From positions 21,452,001-21,516,000 of the forward strand of contig CM022677.1 of NCBI GenBank assembly GCA_012295275.1: 64,000 nt of DNA, written 5' to 3'. Of this stretch, positions 1-16,592 are shown one piece after another (positions within the stretch are counted from its first letter, which is position 1; each line of letters starts with the position of its first letter). The notes beneath the pieces were generated by a model. The model worked only from the letters and a program-made list of their open reading frames with translations. It was not told the DNA's origin and ran no database searches. The translations under genes were made by a program, and so were the position numbers. This DNA comes from Chrysomallon squamiferum. Taxonomy: Eukaryota > Animalia > Mollusca.

Positions 1-826
1 CATCTGCAGATTTCCTACAACGTTCCGCTTCTCCAGCTGCCTGATCTCCTTCTCCAAGACAACGTAACGCTGCAGCATCTCCATGGTTACCGGCTGCAAG
101 ACAGACGTTTGAGAAGGGAGGTAATTATATAATGCTTACAGGAAACGATTAAGTAGGAAGAAGAAGAAGATAAAGAAAATGATGATGATGATGATAATGA
201 AGACAAGATTAAAATAATAATAATATGTTGATGATGATGATGATGATGATGATAATGACGAAGAAAATAAAAATGATGATGAGAATTAAGACAACGATAG
301 AATATAGAAGAACAAAGGAGAAAAAGATTATATTTATATTTACACACACACACTAGAAATTGCCAGGTTACTGTGGTTGTAAGTGAACATGATTAGAACT
401 AAGTAAATTAATAATAATAATAATAATAATAATAACAATAACAATAACAATAATAATAATAAATATCTGCATGCTAGCAAGCAGTTTCAGTTTATATTAT
501 AAATAAAATCAACATCATTTATAGCAAGAAGTCGAGATTTCCAAACTACACAACATTACCTCTTTCTTTGGTAAGTTCTCTGTTGGTTGTGGTTGTTGTT
601 GTGGTGGTGGTGGTTGTTGTTGCGGTGGTGGTGCAGCCGGTGTCTTTTGCTGTTGCTGTAGTGGTTTTACAGAAATAAAATCAAACGTCAAACACAAAAA
701 ACAAATAATTAAAACTAAGCTTCCAAAAAAAAAAAAAAAAACGTATTTAAAGCGTAAATTAAGAATTAATATTAATTAAAAACAAAACAGAATACAGTGA
801 GCGTGTCTCAGAGATATATACACACA

Positions 827-889
<63 letters not shown>

Positions 890-1151
890 CCTCCATACTA
901 TCCCACAAATAAAAACACAAAATCACTAAAAATATTTTTCCTGTCCCATCTGTTCTCTGTCTTCACCTAATTAATATGCTAATTTATTCAGGACTGAAAG
1001 TTGAGATTACCGGGATTTGTTGTTGTTGTTGTTGTTGTGGATGGACGTTGGCTACTGGTTTCTGTGGGGCTGTGTTGTAATGGTGCGGCTGTTTCGGGTA
1101 CGGGTTTAACGAGGCCACACGGACTTCGTCAGATGACACGACACAACCCAT
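1..1151 (-). CDS. Uncharacterised protein, N-terminal part (3 coding exons; gene continues beyond the left edge). Predicted N-myristoylated/palmitoylated, Q/P-rich linker, coiled-coil-like segment
   Basis: Exons on the minus strand are 1151-1011 (MGCVVSSDEVRVASLNPYPKQPHHYNTAPQKPVANVHPQQQQQQQIP, donor GTAATC), 655-560 (QQQKTPAAPPPQQQPPPPQQQPQPTENLPKKE, CAG/GTAATG) and 93-1 (PVTMEMLQRYVVLEKEIRQLEKRNVVGNLQM, acceptor TTGCAG). All junctions are phase 0 and the frame is open throughout. An acceptor TTTCAG lies 5 nt upstream of the ATG. Confidence 0.8.
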
Positions 1152-1182
1152 TTCTTCTGAAATTAAAAAACTGTATTAGTAA

Positions 1183-2013
<831 letters not shown>

Positions 2014-2694
2014 CTTTTTCTTTCTTTTCCTTAACTTCAACCGATATATATCTTTAGTGACTTTTTTCTCTTCAAGATTAGCTGACGAAAGTTAATTAAG
2101 ACCTGGCGGTTTCTATGGCAGCTAATGAATTATTTATTTATGAGCTAGCACTAGGTTAGTCAACCAGTAAGACAGTAACGGTCACACAAGTCACGCGAGG
2201 GAGAATCCATTAATTTAAAACAAAAGGGGAGGCATCATTGATTTATACACCTATTTACACCTATTTCCAAGATAAATAATAGTGATGATGATGATGATGA
2301 TGATAATGGTGACAAAAATAATGATAAAGATTATGACTGTATAATAATAATAATAATGATGATGATGATGATAATAATAATAAACAGCTGAAAGGACAGA
2401 ATAAGATTTGATCACATAAAACTTCGAAACTCGGCCCGTAAATATGTGTGTGTGTGTTATAATAATAACAACAACAAAAATGTATGTGTGTGTGTGTGTG
2501 TGTGTAAAGTAAGTATGTATATATGTATCTATGTATGTACCTATCTGACTGTCTTTCTCTGTCTACCTATCTACCTTTGTAATCTACCTATCTAGCTATA
2601 TTATGTACACGTTCTATACATTATTCCACCCGTCCATCCATCCATCTACCTGTTTATAATAATAATAATAATAGTAACAACAACCACAGTAGCA

Positions 2695-2772
<78 letters not shown>

Positions 2773-2990
2773 CAACAGTAAGAATATTTACAAAATAATA
2801 ATTCACATTCTACAACAAGATCGGGTACAATTTACAAAGAAAGAAAAATAAAAAATCTATAAAGCCAGATCGCGTGCAGTCGCCGAGTTGTTTTTTTTTG
2901 TTAAATAAAGGCGCAGCACACTACACTGATATCACCGTGTTTGCAACCATTGTTATATTTTGTAAATAACAGCAAAATAATCAAATTAAC

Positions 2991-3260
2991 ACTTACCTTG
3001 ATAAACAGCGACAGTAAATTTGTCCGGGGTATGTGACAGTCACGTTATTTCTTTGATATTAATATGTCCTCTAACCTTGTTCTTTTTATTTTTTATTTTT
3101 ATTGTTTACTAGTCTACGTCAAAACAGTTTGGGTCAGATCTGATTGTGACGTCACGTTGCCACAACAGACTGTTCACAACACTGCACCGTTTGTTCATTA
3201 TCAAAACGGCGGGATTGTTTCTTTGTGCGCGCGCGAATGTAATCCCCGACCATTTGTCTC
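2991..3260 (-). promoter_or_regulatory. Candidate 5'UTR first exon and promoter of the left gene
   Basis: Minus-strand consensus donor AAG|GTAAGT at 2996-2991, local CpG enrichment, and a palindromic CRE TGACGTCA at 3147-3154. Confidence 0.45.
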
Positions 3261-4216
3261 CCTTGGCTATTTGTTTTAATGTATTGAACGGGAATGGTAA
3301 GTTTTAGGTGTTGGATTTATTCAAGCGCGGTTTATGGACTATCGTTGTCATTAATGGTTTTGCGAAATTTCACAATATTTTTAATATAAAGGGATATTAA
3401 CATAATCGAAAGATACTGAGATGTATATAATTCATGTAAATAGGTTTGTTTTCCATTAATAAATGTTGTTTTCGTTGCTATAGGAGAACGAGCGTTACTT
3501 CTGCGTTCATTTAATTAAACGTGTATAAATATAATCACACTTACAGGTTTTTATGTCGGTAAATAATTATATGAATAGTTGAAGTGTGAGTTCTCTCTCT
3601 CTCACACACACACACACATACACACGCGCACACACACACACACACTCACACACACACGCACACGTCTCGTTCTCTCGCTTTTTCTCATTCTTCCTCTCCC
3701 TCTCTCTTTCACTCTCTCTTCTTCACTTTTTCTCTGCAGTCAAAAACAAATAATTTTAGTTAAGTTTTGTATTAGTTTAAGATTTTGGCTATGTACAAAA
3801 AAAAAAAAGTTTTGCAGACAACAAATATTTATTTTGTATTTCTAACACGCAACAGACCCTAATTAATATCGATTTATAATTTTCATTTTAATTGCTTTCT
3901 TAATTACAATAATTTATTTACACGATAAACACCTTTCGCAAACGTTGAGTATTGTAAAAATCGTTTTGTGTTTTAATTGTGTAACGTGTACCCTCATTGG
4001 CTGCCGTTTGTGTAACAGAAAAGTGAGTGACACTGTAGCTCCGCCCACTTCACACGTCAGTGTATTATATTCTCTCCCTTTCGATTGATAATTATGGGAT
4101 TTTGATACAGAGAAAGCGCTTAAACTAATAAAAAATTATTTTGTTGATATAATCTTTACAAAAATATTTTAGGGCCGGGTCACCGAACTAGGAAAGAGTA
4201 CTGAACAAAGCGAGCG

Positions 4217-4339
<123 letters not shown>

Positions 4340-4340
4340 C

Positions 4341-4433
<93 letters not shown>

Positions 4434-4631
4434 CCTGACATTTCAAAAGAAGGCAAACGAGAAGAACACGTTAAGGACGAATTTAGAATACAATACAAAG
4501 CTAACACAACTACACTTCTATTGTTAAAATAACTTGGGGACTTTAAATGCGCACAACTTTGTACACAGGGACAAACATTATTTTAGAATAATTTATCAAA
4601 TTATTATTATCATTAAGAGACTAAAGTTCCG

Positions 4632-4780
4632 ACTTACCGATTCCGTGAGGACGTAACACAAAGTACCCATAACGTTTCGTCAAAAAACACGGCTATCGTA
4701 CTCACTGTCGTGCCGTTGCCAATAACAACGGAAACAAAGATTATCTCGGGAGGAGAGGGAACGGCGGTAAACAAAGACAG
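4632..4780 (-). promoter_or_regulatory. Second candidate 5'UTR exon/promoter of the left gene, with an X-box-like element
   Basis: Minus-strand donor CG|GTAAGT at 4637-4632, a CpG-rich patch, and GTTGCCAATAACAAC at 4715-4729. Confidence 0.35.
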
Positions 4781-5306
4781 TGGGGTTGATATCGCAAACA
4801 AACCAGCATTATTACAGTTCAGTAAGGCAGTTACATTAAACGGAGCTATATTATAGTATTATTACGCCAGTTAAAATAAATAAACAAATAAATAAATAAA
4901 TAAAAATATAATTAATATTGCGATTTTGTGTTTAATATATTTGGCAACTAACTGCAATTCCAACCCTTCCTAAGATACTGCCCTGAAAGAATAGAAAAAA
5001 AGATAAAAAAAAAATAAAAAATGCAATGAGATACTAGTTATGTGCTCAACAAAAATGGCTGCCAATGCCACGGTCAGTGACTCTCTATTGTTGAAGGCAG
5101 AAAACAAACACAGCGTAATCTATAATTGCCTGACTGAAAACGTTAAAGAAATGTCTTATATTACTGACTTGAACTTTATAATGAATGCAGCTGAACCATT
5201 ATAAGTGCTTTGAAATGTGTCAATGAAATAGTTAATGAAATAATGAATGAATGTAATTAATTTGATTTTATTTGTTTAATTTTTTATTTTCTTTATTTAT
5301 GTTAAG

Positions 5307-5409
<103 letters not shown>

Positions 5410-5767
5410 ACGTATGTATATGTATATTTGTATTTGATTTTGTTTCATTTATTTATTTTTATTAATTGTTGTATTTATTCATTTATTTATTTTTATTTTA
5501 TTATTATTACTGTTGTTGTTGTTGTCGTCATTGTTGTCTGCTTACTTCACATTTTGATTCTGTTTATCGTGTCGCTGTTAAGAAGAAGGATGTGTAAACA
5601 ATGATACTTGAGAAGAAACCCGCTGGTTGTGGTCCATGGACACCTGTTACTGACAACAATCAAGTCATAGTTGTTTAAGACTTTTTTATACTCACTAATA
5701 CCAATGACTCAAGATAACTGTACACACAGACAAACAGATATGTTTGTATGGATAGATAGGTAGATGA

Positions 5768-5798
<31 letters not shown>

Positions 5799-6213
5799 TA
5801 GACAGACATAGATAGACAGACAGATAGGTACGTAGATATTTTGAAAAAACTCAGCAGAACAATCTAAGTCACTAAATATTTTTGTTTTCTTTTTTGGATG
5901 TGTTTATCATCTGTGTCAGTGTCTGTATATATATAAACACATAGATATATCCATATATATATATATATGTGTATATGTGTGTATGTGTGTGTGTGTATAT
6001 CATCTATGTCATGTATGTATATATATATAAATATGTATATATGTATCTACCTGTGTATATATCATTCATTTATATCTGGCTATCTCTGTATATCTATCTA
6101 CCTACCTACGTACATACTTATCTATCTATCTGTCTATCTATCTATCTATCTTTCTATCTATCTACCTACCTACCTATCTATCTACCTACCTACCTATCTG
6201 CCTACCTACGTAC

Positions 6214-6278
<65 letters not shown>

Positions 6279-6700
6279 AACCTATCTCTAATTTGTCGAT
6301 TTGCCTGTCCATTTATTTTTTGTATTTGTCCCCCCCCCTACTCAGCCATCCACTAAGACGTCACACATATCGTTTGCGCATGTCCGGTTGTTTCTCTCTT
6401 TTTATTCCGCTCAGCTTTTTGCTTACGTGTGCTTTAATTCTCGTCTGCTTTGAACGACTGCTTTACCGACTGACGTCTGCTTTTGCTGTTCAGCACGTGC
6501 ACACTTCCTGCCCCCCAGGACGTGGGCAGATGACTTAAATGTATCGATGTTGAAAACACATAAATTTAATTGCTCCAGGGGAGCAAACGTCTCAATTAAT
6601 TATTTTCTGTTTCTAGTGACAGTTTTAGCGATGTCGTTCTAACGAGTTAAATTAATTATCCATTAGTGGGACGTGAATATGAATTTGAAAATTATACATA

Positions 6701-6775
<75 letters not shown>

Positions 6776-6838
6776 TACACACAGGCACAAGACACACAAT
6801 ACGAAATTGACAGTTCTATCAATTGCTGTTTTGTTGTT

Positions 6839-6877
<39 letters not shown>

Positions 6878-7329
6878 GAAATAGCATATTAATAAAATAG
6901 AATAATCCAGCACATTCATATTGTGTATAAACGAATGAACCTTATACATTTATTTAGTAAATATATCGTGCATTGACTTCATTTTAAGAAACAGACTAAT
7001 TGTGGCAGACTGTGCAAAATAATGATTAATTACAAATGAAACTGATATCAGGAATATAGATGTAATCTGTCAAAACTTTCAGGATATAGTAATTTTGAAT
7101 GAATGTATTTATTTATTTTTTAACGTGCTATACATAAATAAATAGGTGCATTGCATCATTTATTAAATTATAAATTAAAGAACTGCATAAGTTAAAAAAA
7201 AACTTAATTTGCTTCACACTGAGTCTGTGTTCGCCTAAAGAATTATTTATACATTATGAATGGTCAGTATTACATTTAAAGGGCATTATTATTATTATAT
7301 TTTTATTATTCATTTTTCATACAATAAAC

Positions 7330-7520
7330 GCTCCCATTTTCTCTAACCGGAAGTTGCTTGATCGACTGCCACATTTTCAAGATGTCGGTGTGATCCGAGT
7401 TCGGTTAGTTTACGTCCTTGTTTGATTAATTCTTCTTGTATTAGATAAACTTGAATTAAAGCGGATCGGACTGAATCAGCACTATAAGCAACCGTACGAC
7501 ATACGTTAAGCGTAAGTAAT
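7330..7520 (+). promoter_or_regulatory. Candidate promoter and non-coding first exon of MGAT1
   Basis: ETS-type ACCGGAAGT (about 7346), YY1/initiator-like CAAGATGTCGG (about 7378), and donors GTTAGT at 7404 and GTAAGT at 7512. CpG becomes scarce downstream. The first coding exon has its own acceptor at 22584, so an upstream exon is required. Confidence 0.45.
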
Positions 7521-7949
7521 TTTAACTGATAAAATTTAGGCTTTAGGTTATTTTTTTTAAAAATAAAATAATACTGTCATGGGTCGAAGTCACAAGTCAT
7601 TTGGAGACGCACTGTCAATATCTGGGGGAGGTTCCACTTTGAGTTCTCGTCACTTATTATTTATTTATTTATTTATTTAACTTCATAATGGTTAGTCTGA
7701 TTTAATATTAAAAATTATAAATATAAGGATCATTGTTAATATTTAATACTATAAATGTATTATAACAACGATTTATTGTTAGTAATTATCATTATGTTCG
7801 GAACTATATATATATATATTTATTTACTTAACATTATAATTGTTAGTCTGCTGGTATATAATATAGGATGTTAATGTATACATTTTTTTTGTCAATAAAA
7901 AACGACATTATTTTCAGTAATCATGCTTCCAATTTATTTATTTAAATGC

Positions 7950-7998
<49 letters not shown>

Positions 7999-8094
7999 AT
8001 TGTGTTATTGTGTTGTTGTCTTCATAAACAAAATTAAATTTCAGTACTGTAAGTGTAATTTAAATAAGCATGAACTAAAGTGTAAATGTATATG

Positions 8095-8145
<51 letters not shown>

Positions 8146-9119
8146 TATATGTATGATAATTAAATTCTATATAAAAATACATTCACACAGCTCATACTGA
8201 ATATTTAATTATCTAATTTGCATATTACAGTATTCTCTGCTGCAGCTGCTGATACATGATTACATAATGTTCTGTCTGTTTATATACTGTTTAAAATATG
8301 AAATTAGATTAAAAACCATCAGCACAACTGTCAGTGTATTTAGTTATTCTGCTAATTCAGTTAATACATGTGATGTGAAAAGTAAAAATTGAACGCCACC
8401 AAAAAGCACACAAAAATATATACAGTAATTGTCATAAATTAAAAAAAAAAAAAATAAAAATAAAGATTGAATCAAACAAAATAAATAAATAAATAAATAA
8501 ATAAGGAAATAAACTGAACAAAATAAACAAATAAAGAAACTGAAACAAACAGCAAACCCAAATTAAGTCAGACATTAAATATAAAAAAAAAAAAATATCA
8601 ACAAAAAGCATAACAAAATAAATAAATAAATAAATAATATTGAAACAAATAAAAAAAACACACAAATAAATAAATAGAAAAACAAGAGAACGCAGCAAAA
8701 TCAAAATAAATAAATAAATAAAATTGAAACAAATAAAACAAATTAATAAATAGACAAAAAAAACCCCCACCAATTCATTGATACTTATATTTTCATTTTT
8801 TAATCGAGGTTTGCCAAGACAGTGTATTGAAAATCAAGTAGAAAAACAAAACAAATTTTGATGACAAATCTTACCATTTAGCTTCCTCTGTATCTTTACA
8901 TATTTTTAAATAGATAATTAATTTAAAATATATATATATATATAGTATGTATGTATGTATGTGTAAATTTAAAATGTGTGTGTGTTACCATATTAACATC
9001 AGTTCTCATGTCTTAATTAATTACAGTTAAAGATAATAAAAACAGAAAAAAAAAAAAAAAAGCTTCAAAAAAGCAACAAGAAGATATATACAAAATGTTA
9101 AAAAATTAAAATAATAGAA

Positions 9120-9172
9120 ATAATAATAATAACCAGTTAAATTAATAATAATAATAAAATATGTATACTTTT

Positions 9173-9218
<46 letters not shown>

Positions 9219-9510
9219 ATAATAACCAGTCAAATTAATAATGATAATACATTCACATGTATACTTTTTTCTAAAATAAAAAAAAAAATAAGTAAAAAAA
9301 AATAAAATAATAACCAGTCAAATTAATAATGATAATAAAATATGTATACTTTTTTCTAAAAAAAAAAAAAAATAAGTAAAAAAAACAAAAATAATAACCA
9401 GTCAAATTAATAATGATAATACATTCACATGTATACTTTTTTCTAAAAAAAAAAAAATAATAACCAGTCAAATTAATAATGATAATAAAATACGTATACT
9501 TTTTTCTAAC
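9120..9510. repeat. Minisatellite, core of about 55 bp plus a variable A-tract, 5 copies
   Basis: AATAATAACCAGTCAAATTAATAATGATAATA..TGTATACTTTTTTCTAAAA(n) repeated, with two alternating variants. Confidence 0.9.
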
Positions 9511-9958
9511 TCGAATAGTTGGTGAAACCTAGACCAAAGGTGGGATTGTTTTATTTAGAATTTTTCTATTTTTATTTTTTAATATTTATAACTTTAATAC
9601 AGATACAGTATCTGATTGCTGAACTCCTGTTTATCATACAGACGTTGTTAGAATGGGAAAGTGAGCATAGTACATTAAGAAGGTTTGATGTAGAATTGAC
9701 ATTTAGAAACAATATGATCTTGCCATGTTGAATAGAGAAACAATTAAAAATGGGATTTATGGATAAATTTACTTTATTCCTAAATAAAAATGTGAGGGAA
9801 ATGTTTAATAAGATAATTCATTCTCTCTGTCTGTCTGTCTGTCTTTCTCTGTCTATATATAGACACACAGACAAACACACACACACACATGATAAATGTT
9901 TTGACTATGTTTTATTCAGGCAAAACCAGTTACAAACATGCCCAAAGAGATTTAACAG

Positions 9959-10008
<50 letters not shown>

Positions 10009-10847
10009 TTTGAACAATTTGAAAACAGAAAAAAATAAAAATAAAACAGAAGAAAAAAAAGAATTGTTGTGTCAGTGTATTATTCAAATTTACATTCACT
10101 CAGACCAACTTTTATGTGTTTAAATAACAAATGCTGTCACATTAAAATAAAATACTTCAGTATTACAAAAATTGTGAAAACAGCCCCCAAAAAACAACAA
10201 CAAAGAAAGCCAATTCAAAAAAACAACTATAAAGAAATGTTGTATATAATTCAATGTGTGTGTATGACTATATGTGTGTGTATATATATATCTATATATG
10301 TATGTAGGTAATGTATGTATGTATGTATGTATGTATGTATGTATATATGTGTGTATGTATGTATGTATGTATGTATATGTATGTATGTATATATGTGTGT
10401 ATATATGTGTGTATGTGTGTGTGTGTGTGTGTGTGTGTCTGTCTGTCTGTTTGTATGTGTGTATGTATGTGTGTGTGTGTGTCCAGTCAGATTTGTTTTG
10501 ACATTGTTTGGTAACTAACTCTGTTTTTGAGATGTGTTTGTTTAACCAGTAACACATGTTGACAATCAGCAGATCTTGGGTTTCAGTTTCATTTGATTCA
10601 CGTTGTAGTTGATGTACCACCAGATGAACAGGTTTTGTTGTGTTTGTTTTGCAAGTAACATGTGTCTCACAAACAGTTTTTTCAACGTTAAGACAATGAC
10701 ACACATACAGACAAAGATATACATACGTGTACACAGCCACATGTAACATAGAAATGTATATACACATAAATACATATATTTATACACACACATAGATACA
10801 CACACACACACATACATACATACATAAATGCAACATATAAATACATA

Positions 10848-10902
<55 letters not shown>

Positions 10903-11004
10903 TAAATGCAGTACATAAATACAGAAACACAGATATGCATAAAAGTATATTCAAACAAATGAAAATAGAAATGTAATCATACATTGATAATAATGATAAT
11001 AATA

Positions 11005-11043
<39 letters not shown>

Positions 11044-11077
11044 TAAAAATACTGATAATAAGAAGAAAAAAAGAAGG

Positions 11078-11108
<31 letters not shown>

Positions 11109-11815
11109 CCCAAAAGATTTAATATTATGATAATTCAGGAACTGATTTTCAAAATGAGGTCTAGAAAATTGATTTCATAGCATCACAAATATTCAGAAAG
11201 TTTGATGGTAGATTTAGTTTGGGCTTCGCTCTTGGGGGAATCTTACACATTTGGTATAAAGTTTATGAGATCTGGTTAGAATGGGCAATCGCTGTTATGC
11301 AGACACTGTCAGGATGAGTTTGTATGTACCACCACAGTTAGGGAGTGCTGGTTTAGAATGGGAAACCACTGAAGAGGGGATCTTATGCATACACAAATGG
11401 GATTAGTATGTATGCACTTCAAAAGTCATTTTTTGTTTTGTTTTACCCTGGTGGTTGAGTGATGTTTAGAACAGGAAATTGAGGGGTTTTAAGCAGATAC
11501 AGAGGGGATAACTACACAGTTAACCTTGGTTGGAATGGGAAATCACGTGAGGGATCTTCATAACAGATGACATATTCTGTTTTGTTGATTAATATGGAGT
11601 ACAGTTATTTGTATTTATGTACTTGACTTATCCAGATATCAGAAATGTAATATTATATATTATGTTTGTTTGTAGCACAAATTACAGTTAACTGTATTAT
11701 AAATGTTTTATTAAAATAAATAAAGAAATAAATAAATAAAATTAAAAAAAATTAAAGCAAAAATAAAAAAAAAAAATAATAAAATAAATAAATAAAAAAT
11801 AAAATAAAAATAAAA

Positions 11816-11861
<46 letters not shown>

Positions 11862-12446
11862 AAAAATATAGCAAAAAAACTAAAGATAAAAAAATAAAAA
11901 AATAAAATAAAAAAAACTAACTAAAAATAACAAATAAAATAACAAATAAAAATTCAATAAAAAAAAAAATGAACTGATTCCAGAGGCATTTGCCTTTAGA
12001 TCCATAACAACTTCTACATTTTATTTCATTATTATTATTATTTTTTTTTTAATTGTCTTTAATACGTGTGATTTGGCATGTTTCACAATATCCTTAGTCC
12101 AAATGGGCTCAACGCAACTGAAAAGGTGACAGGTTTTGGAAATATATGCTTTTCCCCACCAGATGTCGCCACTACATTTTCACGCCTCTTACAGCATAAA
12201 TGACAAGATTACCCGTGAATTAAACAATACAGATATTTTCTGTCAGCTGAATAATAAATGTAAAACATATTCATTACTTCTGCATATGTGACATCTGTTG
12301 TGCAGTACACTGCAGGTATATCTATCTGTTATATTACATATGCAGGTATGTATAGATAGACATATATTGCTATATACAATATATAGATATAAGATCTGTA
12401 CAGATATATATGTATTATTGTTATTTTTTACTTATTTATTTATTTA

Positions 12447-12477
<31 letters not shown>

Positions 12478-12627
12478 TTTTTATATTTATATAAAATATA
12501 TATATATATGTGTGTGTATTTTTAGTAAATATATATATATTTTAGATACAGGTGAGAAAGAATATTTTAATTACCTCTAGAAATCACTGTGCTGTCATTG
12601 TTGTTACTTTTTACTTATTTATTTATT

Positions 12628-12661
<34 letters not shown>

Positions 12662-12951
12662 TTGTAAACTATGAGAAAGAATATTTTAGTTACCTCTAGA
12701 AATCACTGCGCTGTCATTTTTGCATTGTAAACATTAAAACCACTTGGGTTTGCTACTACTACTATTGCTGCTACTGTTAGTACCACTACTACTGCTACTT
12801 CTACTTACTGCTGTTAGTACTACTGTTACAACCACTACTGCCACTGTGACCACCATCACTACTACAACTGTTACTATTTCTATTAGTACTACCAGTTCTG
12901 ATAAATTAATTTTGTTTGCTATAACAACTACCACCATCCCTTCTACTAGTA

Positions 12952-12998
<47 letters not shown>

Positions 12999-12999
12999 T

Positions 13000-13038
<39 letters not shown>

Positions 13039-13816
13039 AGCTGCTGTTGCTAAAATACTCTATATTCTAGTACAAATGTCAAAATTGCTGTAGCTATGGT
13101 TACACGAACTTTCACTATTTGTGTCTGAATTGGAAACTGTACACACACACACACACATACACACACACACACACAGACAGACACACACACACACACACAC
13201 AGACACACACATAACAGAACAAAAAAAACCCCCAATCTCTGTCGCCTGTTAGTATCAGAAAAATTCTCTCCCAAAGCTGCCACCTGATTGAAGAAAAGCT
13301 CACTGCAGATACAGAGAACTAATTAATAAAACAGCAGTGTTAATTAAACAGCAGTCACCTTTGAGAATAACTTTCACTACTGACTGCAGTTTTCTTTGGT
13401 AAAATATAAAAAAAAAAAACCCCACAAAAACAACCTGTGTATTACGATTTAATGAAATACCTAATTATTAGTCCAACTTGAAACTCTTGGGTTGGAACAG
13501 ACATTTTTTTTGTTCACAGGTGGTGTTTAAGCTTATGATGTTTATTTCATGCATGAGTAATATATATATATATTTATATATATATTTTGAAAGGTGAAAG
13601 AAAATGGCACATATGTGGGTCAATAAACACCAAAATATTTGTCTTTGAGATATTTTGCCATGAAAATAGAAATGCTTTGAACTTTTGTTCTACTCAGAAG
13701 TTGAGGCAAATCAGATGTTTGATTGTTTAGTTACAGTGGTAGTTACTGGCCTGGTGTGAAGCAGGACATGGGCTCAAATCCATTTCACTCCACTTAGATT
13801 AATTCTGTAATTATCT

Positions 13817-13924
<108 letters not shown>

Positions 13925-14037
13925 TACTTACTTACATCTATATATCATTATCTAAACATATTTTGTACATCTGTATCATTCCATTTTGTATTCGGGTTGC
14001 CGGACATAATGTCAGTCTTTCTTAGTGTGTACTTTTA

Positions 14038-14075
<38 letters not shown>

Positions 14076-14449
14076 AAAGAAACAGGAAGAAAGAAAGAAA
14101 AATAAAAGATGATGAAGGAAGAACAATTAAGACTGTCACCACTCCTTGTTCACAAAAAACCAAAATTTTACCTCTGTGTACTTGTCCGCCAGTGAAACTC
14201 AATTCATTTCCTAAAAGTGATTGATATGCTTCAGTGACTCTGCTGGTCATGCATCACTTATTCCCATTCCATTAGATGTATGTATGTGTGCATGCTTAAC
14301 ACTTTATAATGATGGTTCTGGGTTTAATAGCTACAATACATTTAGGACGTGTGTGTGTGTGTGTGTTACAACTTGCATTATAAAATCTGTTGTTGTGTTG
14401 GGCAAGATTTTCTGTTAATGTTTTTTTTTATTATTTTTTTTATTTGTGT

Positions 14450-14561
14450 GTCTGTATTTAAATGTAGAGTTGTCTGTATGTCTGTATGATTTGAAAGTCT
14501 TTGTGTGTTTAATTATTTAAATGTAGAGTTTGTCATTGTATGTATGATTTGTCTTTGAGGG

Positions 14562-14593
<32 letters not shown>

Positions 14594-14633
14594 GTACTGT
14601 TTCAGTACAGAGTTTGTTGTATGTATTATTTGA

Positions 14634-14676
<43 letters not shown>

Positions 14677-14714
14677 ACTGTTTCAGTACAGAGTTTGTTG
14701 TATGTATTATTTGA

Positions 14715-14770
<56 letters not shown>

Positions 14771-15030
14771 CTGTAAGTACAGAGTTTGTTGTATGTATTT
14801 GAGAGTGTTTGTTTGTGTGTGTGTGTGTTTGGCTTTGTAAGTAAAATTATTTAAAACTTTGTAATGACTTTTCCGGGATTAATAACAATGGCACAGTTGA
14901 AACGTGTGTGCTAATCTGTGTTATATAGTTTCCTGTGTAGTGAAAGATGTGTGTGTGTGTGTTCCTGTGTGTGTGTGTGTGTGTGTGTTTCTGTGTGTGT
15001 GTGTGTGTTTCTGTGTGTGTGTGTGTTTTC

Positions 15031-15089
<59 letters not shown>

Positions 15090-15111
15090 CTGTGTGTGTG
15101 TGTGTGTGTCT

Positions 15112-15143
<32 letters not shown>

Positions 15144-15164
15144 TTCTGTGTGTGTGTGTGTGTG

Positions 15165-15215
<51 letters not shown>

Positions 15216-16060
15216 CTGTGTGTGTGTAAATACAGATGTGTGTGTTGTGTGTGTAATTGTGTGTGTGTGTGTGTGGCTGTTTGTGTGTGTGTGTGTGTCT
15301 GTCTCTGTGTGTGTGTGTGTGTGTGCAACTATTTAAATACAGAGTTTATTGTTGTATGTATAATTTGAGAGTTTTGTATGTATTTGTGTGTGTGTGTGTG
15401 GGTGGGTGTCTGTGTGTGTGTTTGGGTTTGGGTGTAAGTTTTTCTTACTATCTGATTCAGGTATAGCAGTGAACATATGGGGAAAAAAACACACTATGTA
15501 AGCTTTTAAAATGTAAATTAAATTATTATATAACTGCACCTAACTGTTTTTGTTAAATGCTATTGTAATAATCTAGTGAAACCTCTAAGAGACATATTGA
15601 TGTTCAGGGTAAAAAACAGAAAAGAAAAGAAATCATTAATGCACTGTAATGATAACAGTGACAAGTAATTTTGCCAAATGTTACACAATTACATCGACAT
15701 AACTAAGTTTTATTTCTTTTTATTTCTTGTCATTGTTATTGCTACTACTTGTATTTAAATACAGCCTTGTTGTATGTATGATTTCAAAATGTCTGGATGT
15801 GTGTGTGTATGTTTGTGTTAGCAGCATGTATGTTTGTAAGTGAAATTAGTTAACACTTTATAGTAATAGTTCAGGGATTAATAACAATGGTATGTTCAGT
15901 GCATGTTTGACAGCTTGCATTAATAAAGTCTTTTTCTATATAGTAAGTTTTTCTGTTAATATTTGCTGAATATGTGTCTATGTAGCTATTGAAATACAGT
16001 TGCTTGTATGTCTATATGATTTGAGAGTGTTTTGGGGTTGGGTGTGATTACTGCAGTGTG

Positions 16061-16102
<42 letters not shown>

Positions 16103-16334
16103 ACTGTGTTTAACTATTTAAATGTAAAATTTGTACGATTTGGGAATGTTTGGGTTTGTGTGTTAGAGTTTGTGTGTGTGTGTGTCTGTCTGTGTGTGTG
16201 TGTGTGTGTGTGTTGGGTGTTTTAGGTTGAAAGTTGAAGGACTTGAATATAGACAGTTGTGTGTGTGTGGGAGAGAGAAAGAGATCATTATTTAAACATA
16301 GATTGTTTGTGTGTGTGTGTGTGTGTGTGTGTCT

Positions 16335-16421
<87 letters not shown>

Positions 16422-16541
16422 TGTGTCTGTGTCTGTCTGTGTGTGTGTTTTAGGTTGAAAGTTGAAGGACTTGAATATAGACAGTTGTGTGTGTGGGAGA
16501 GAGAGAGAGAGATCATTATTTAAACATAGATTGTTGTGTGT

Positions 16542-16592
<51 letters not shown>

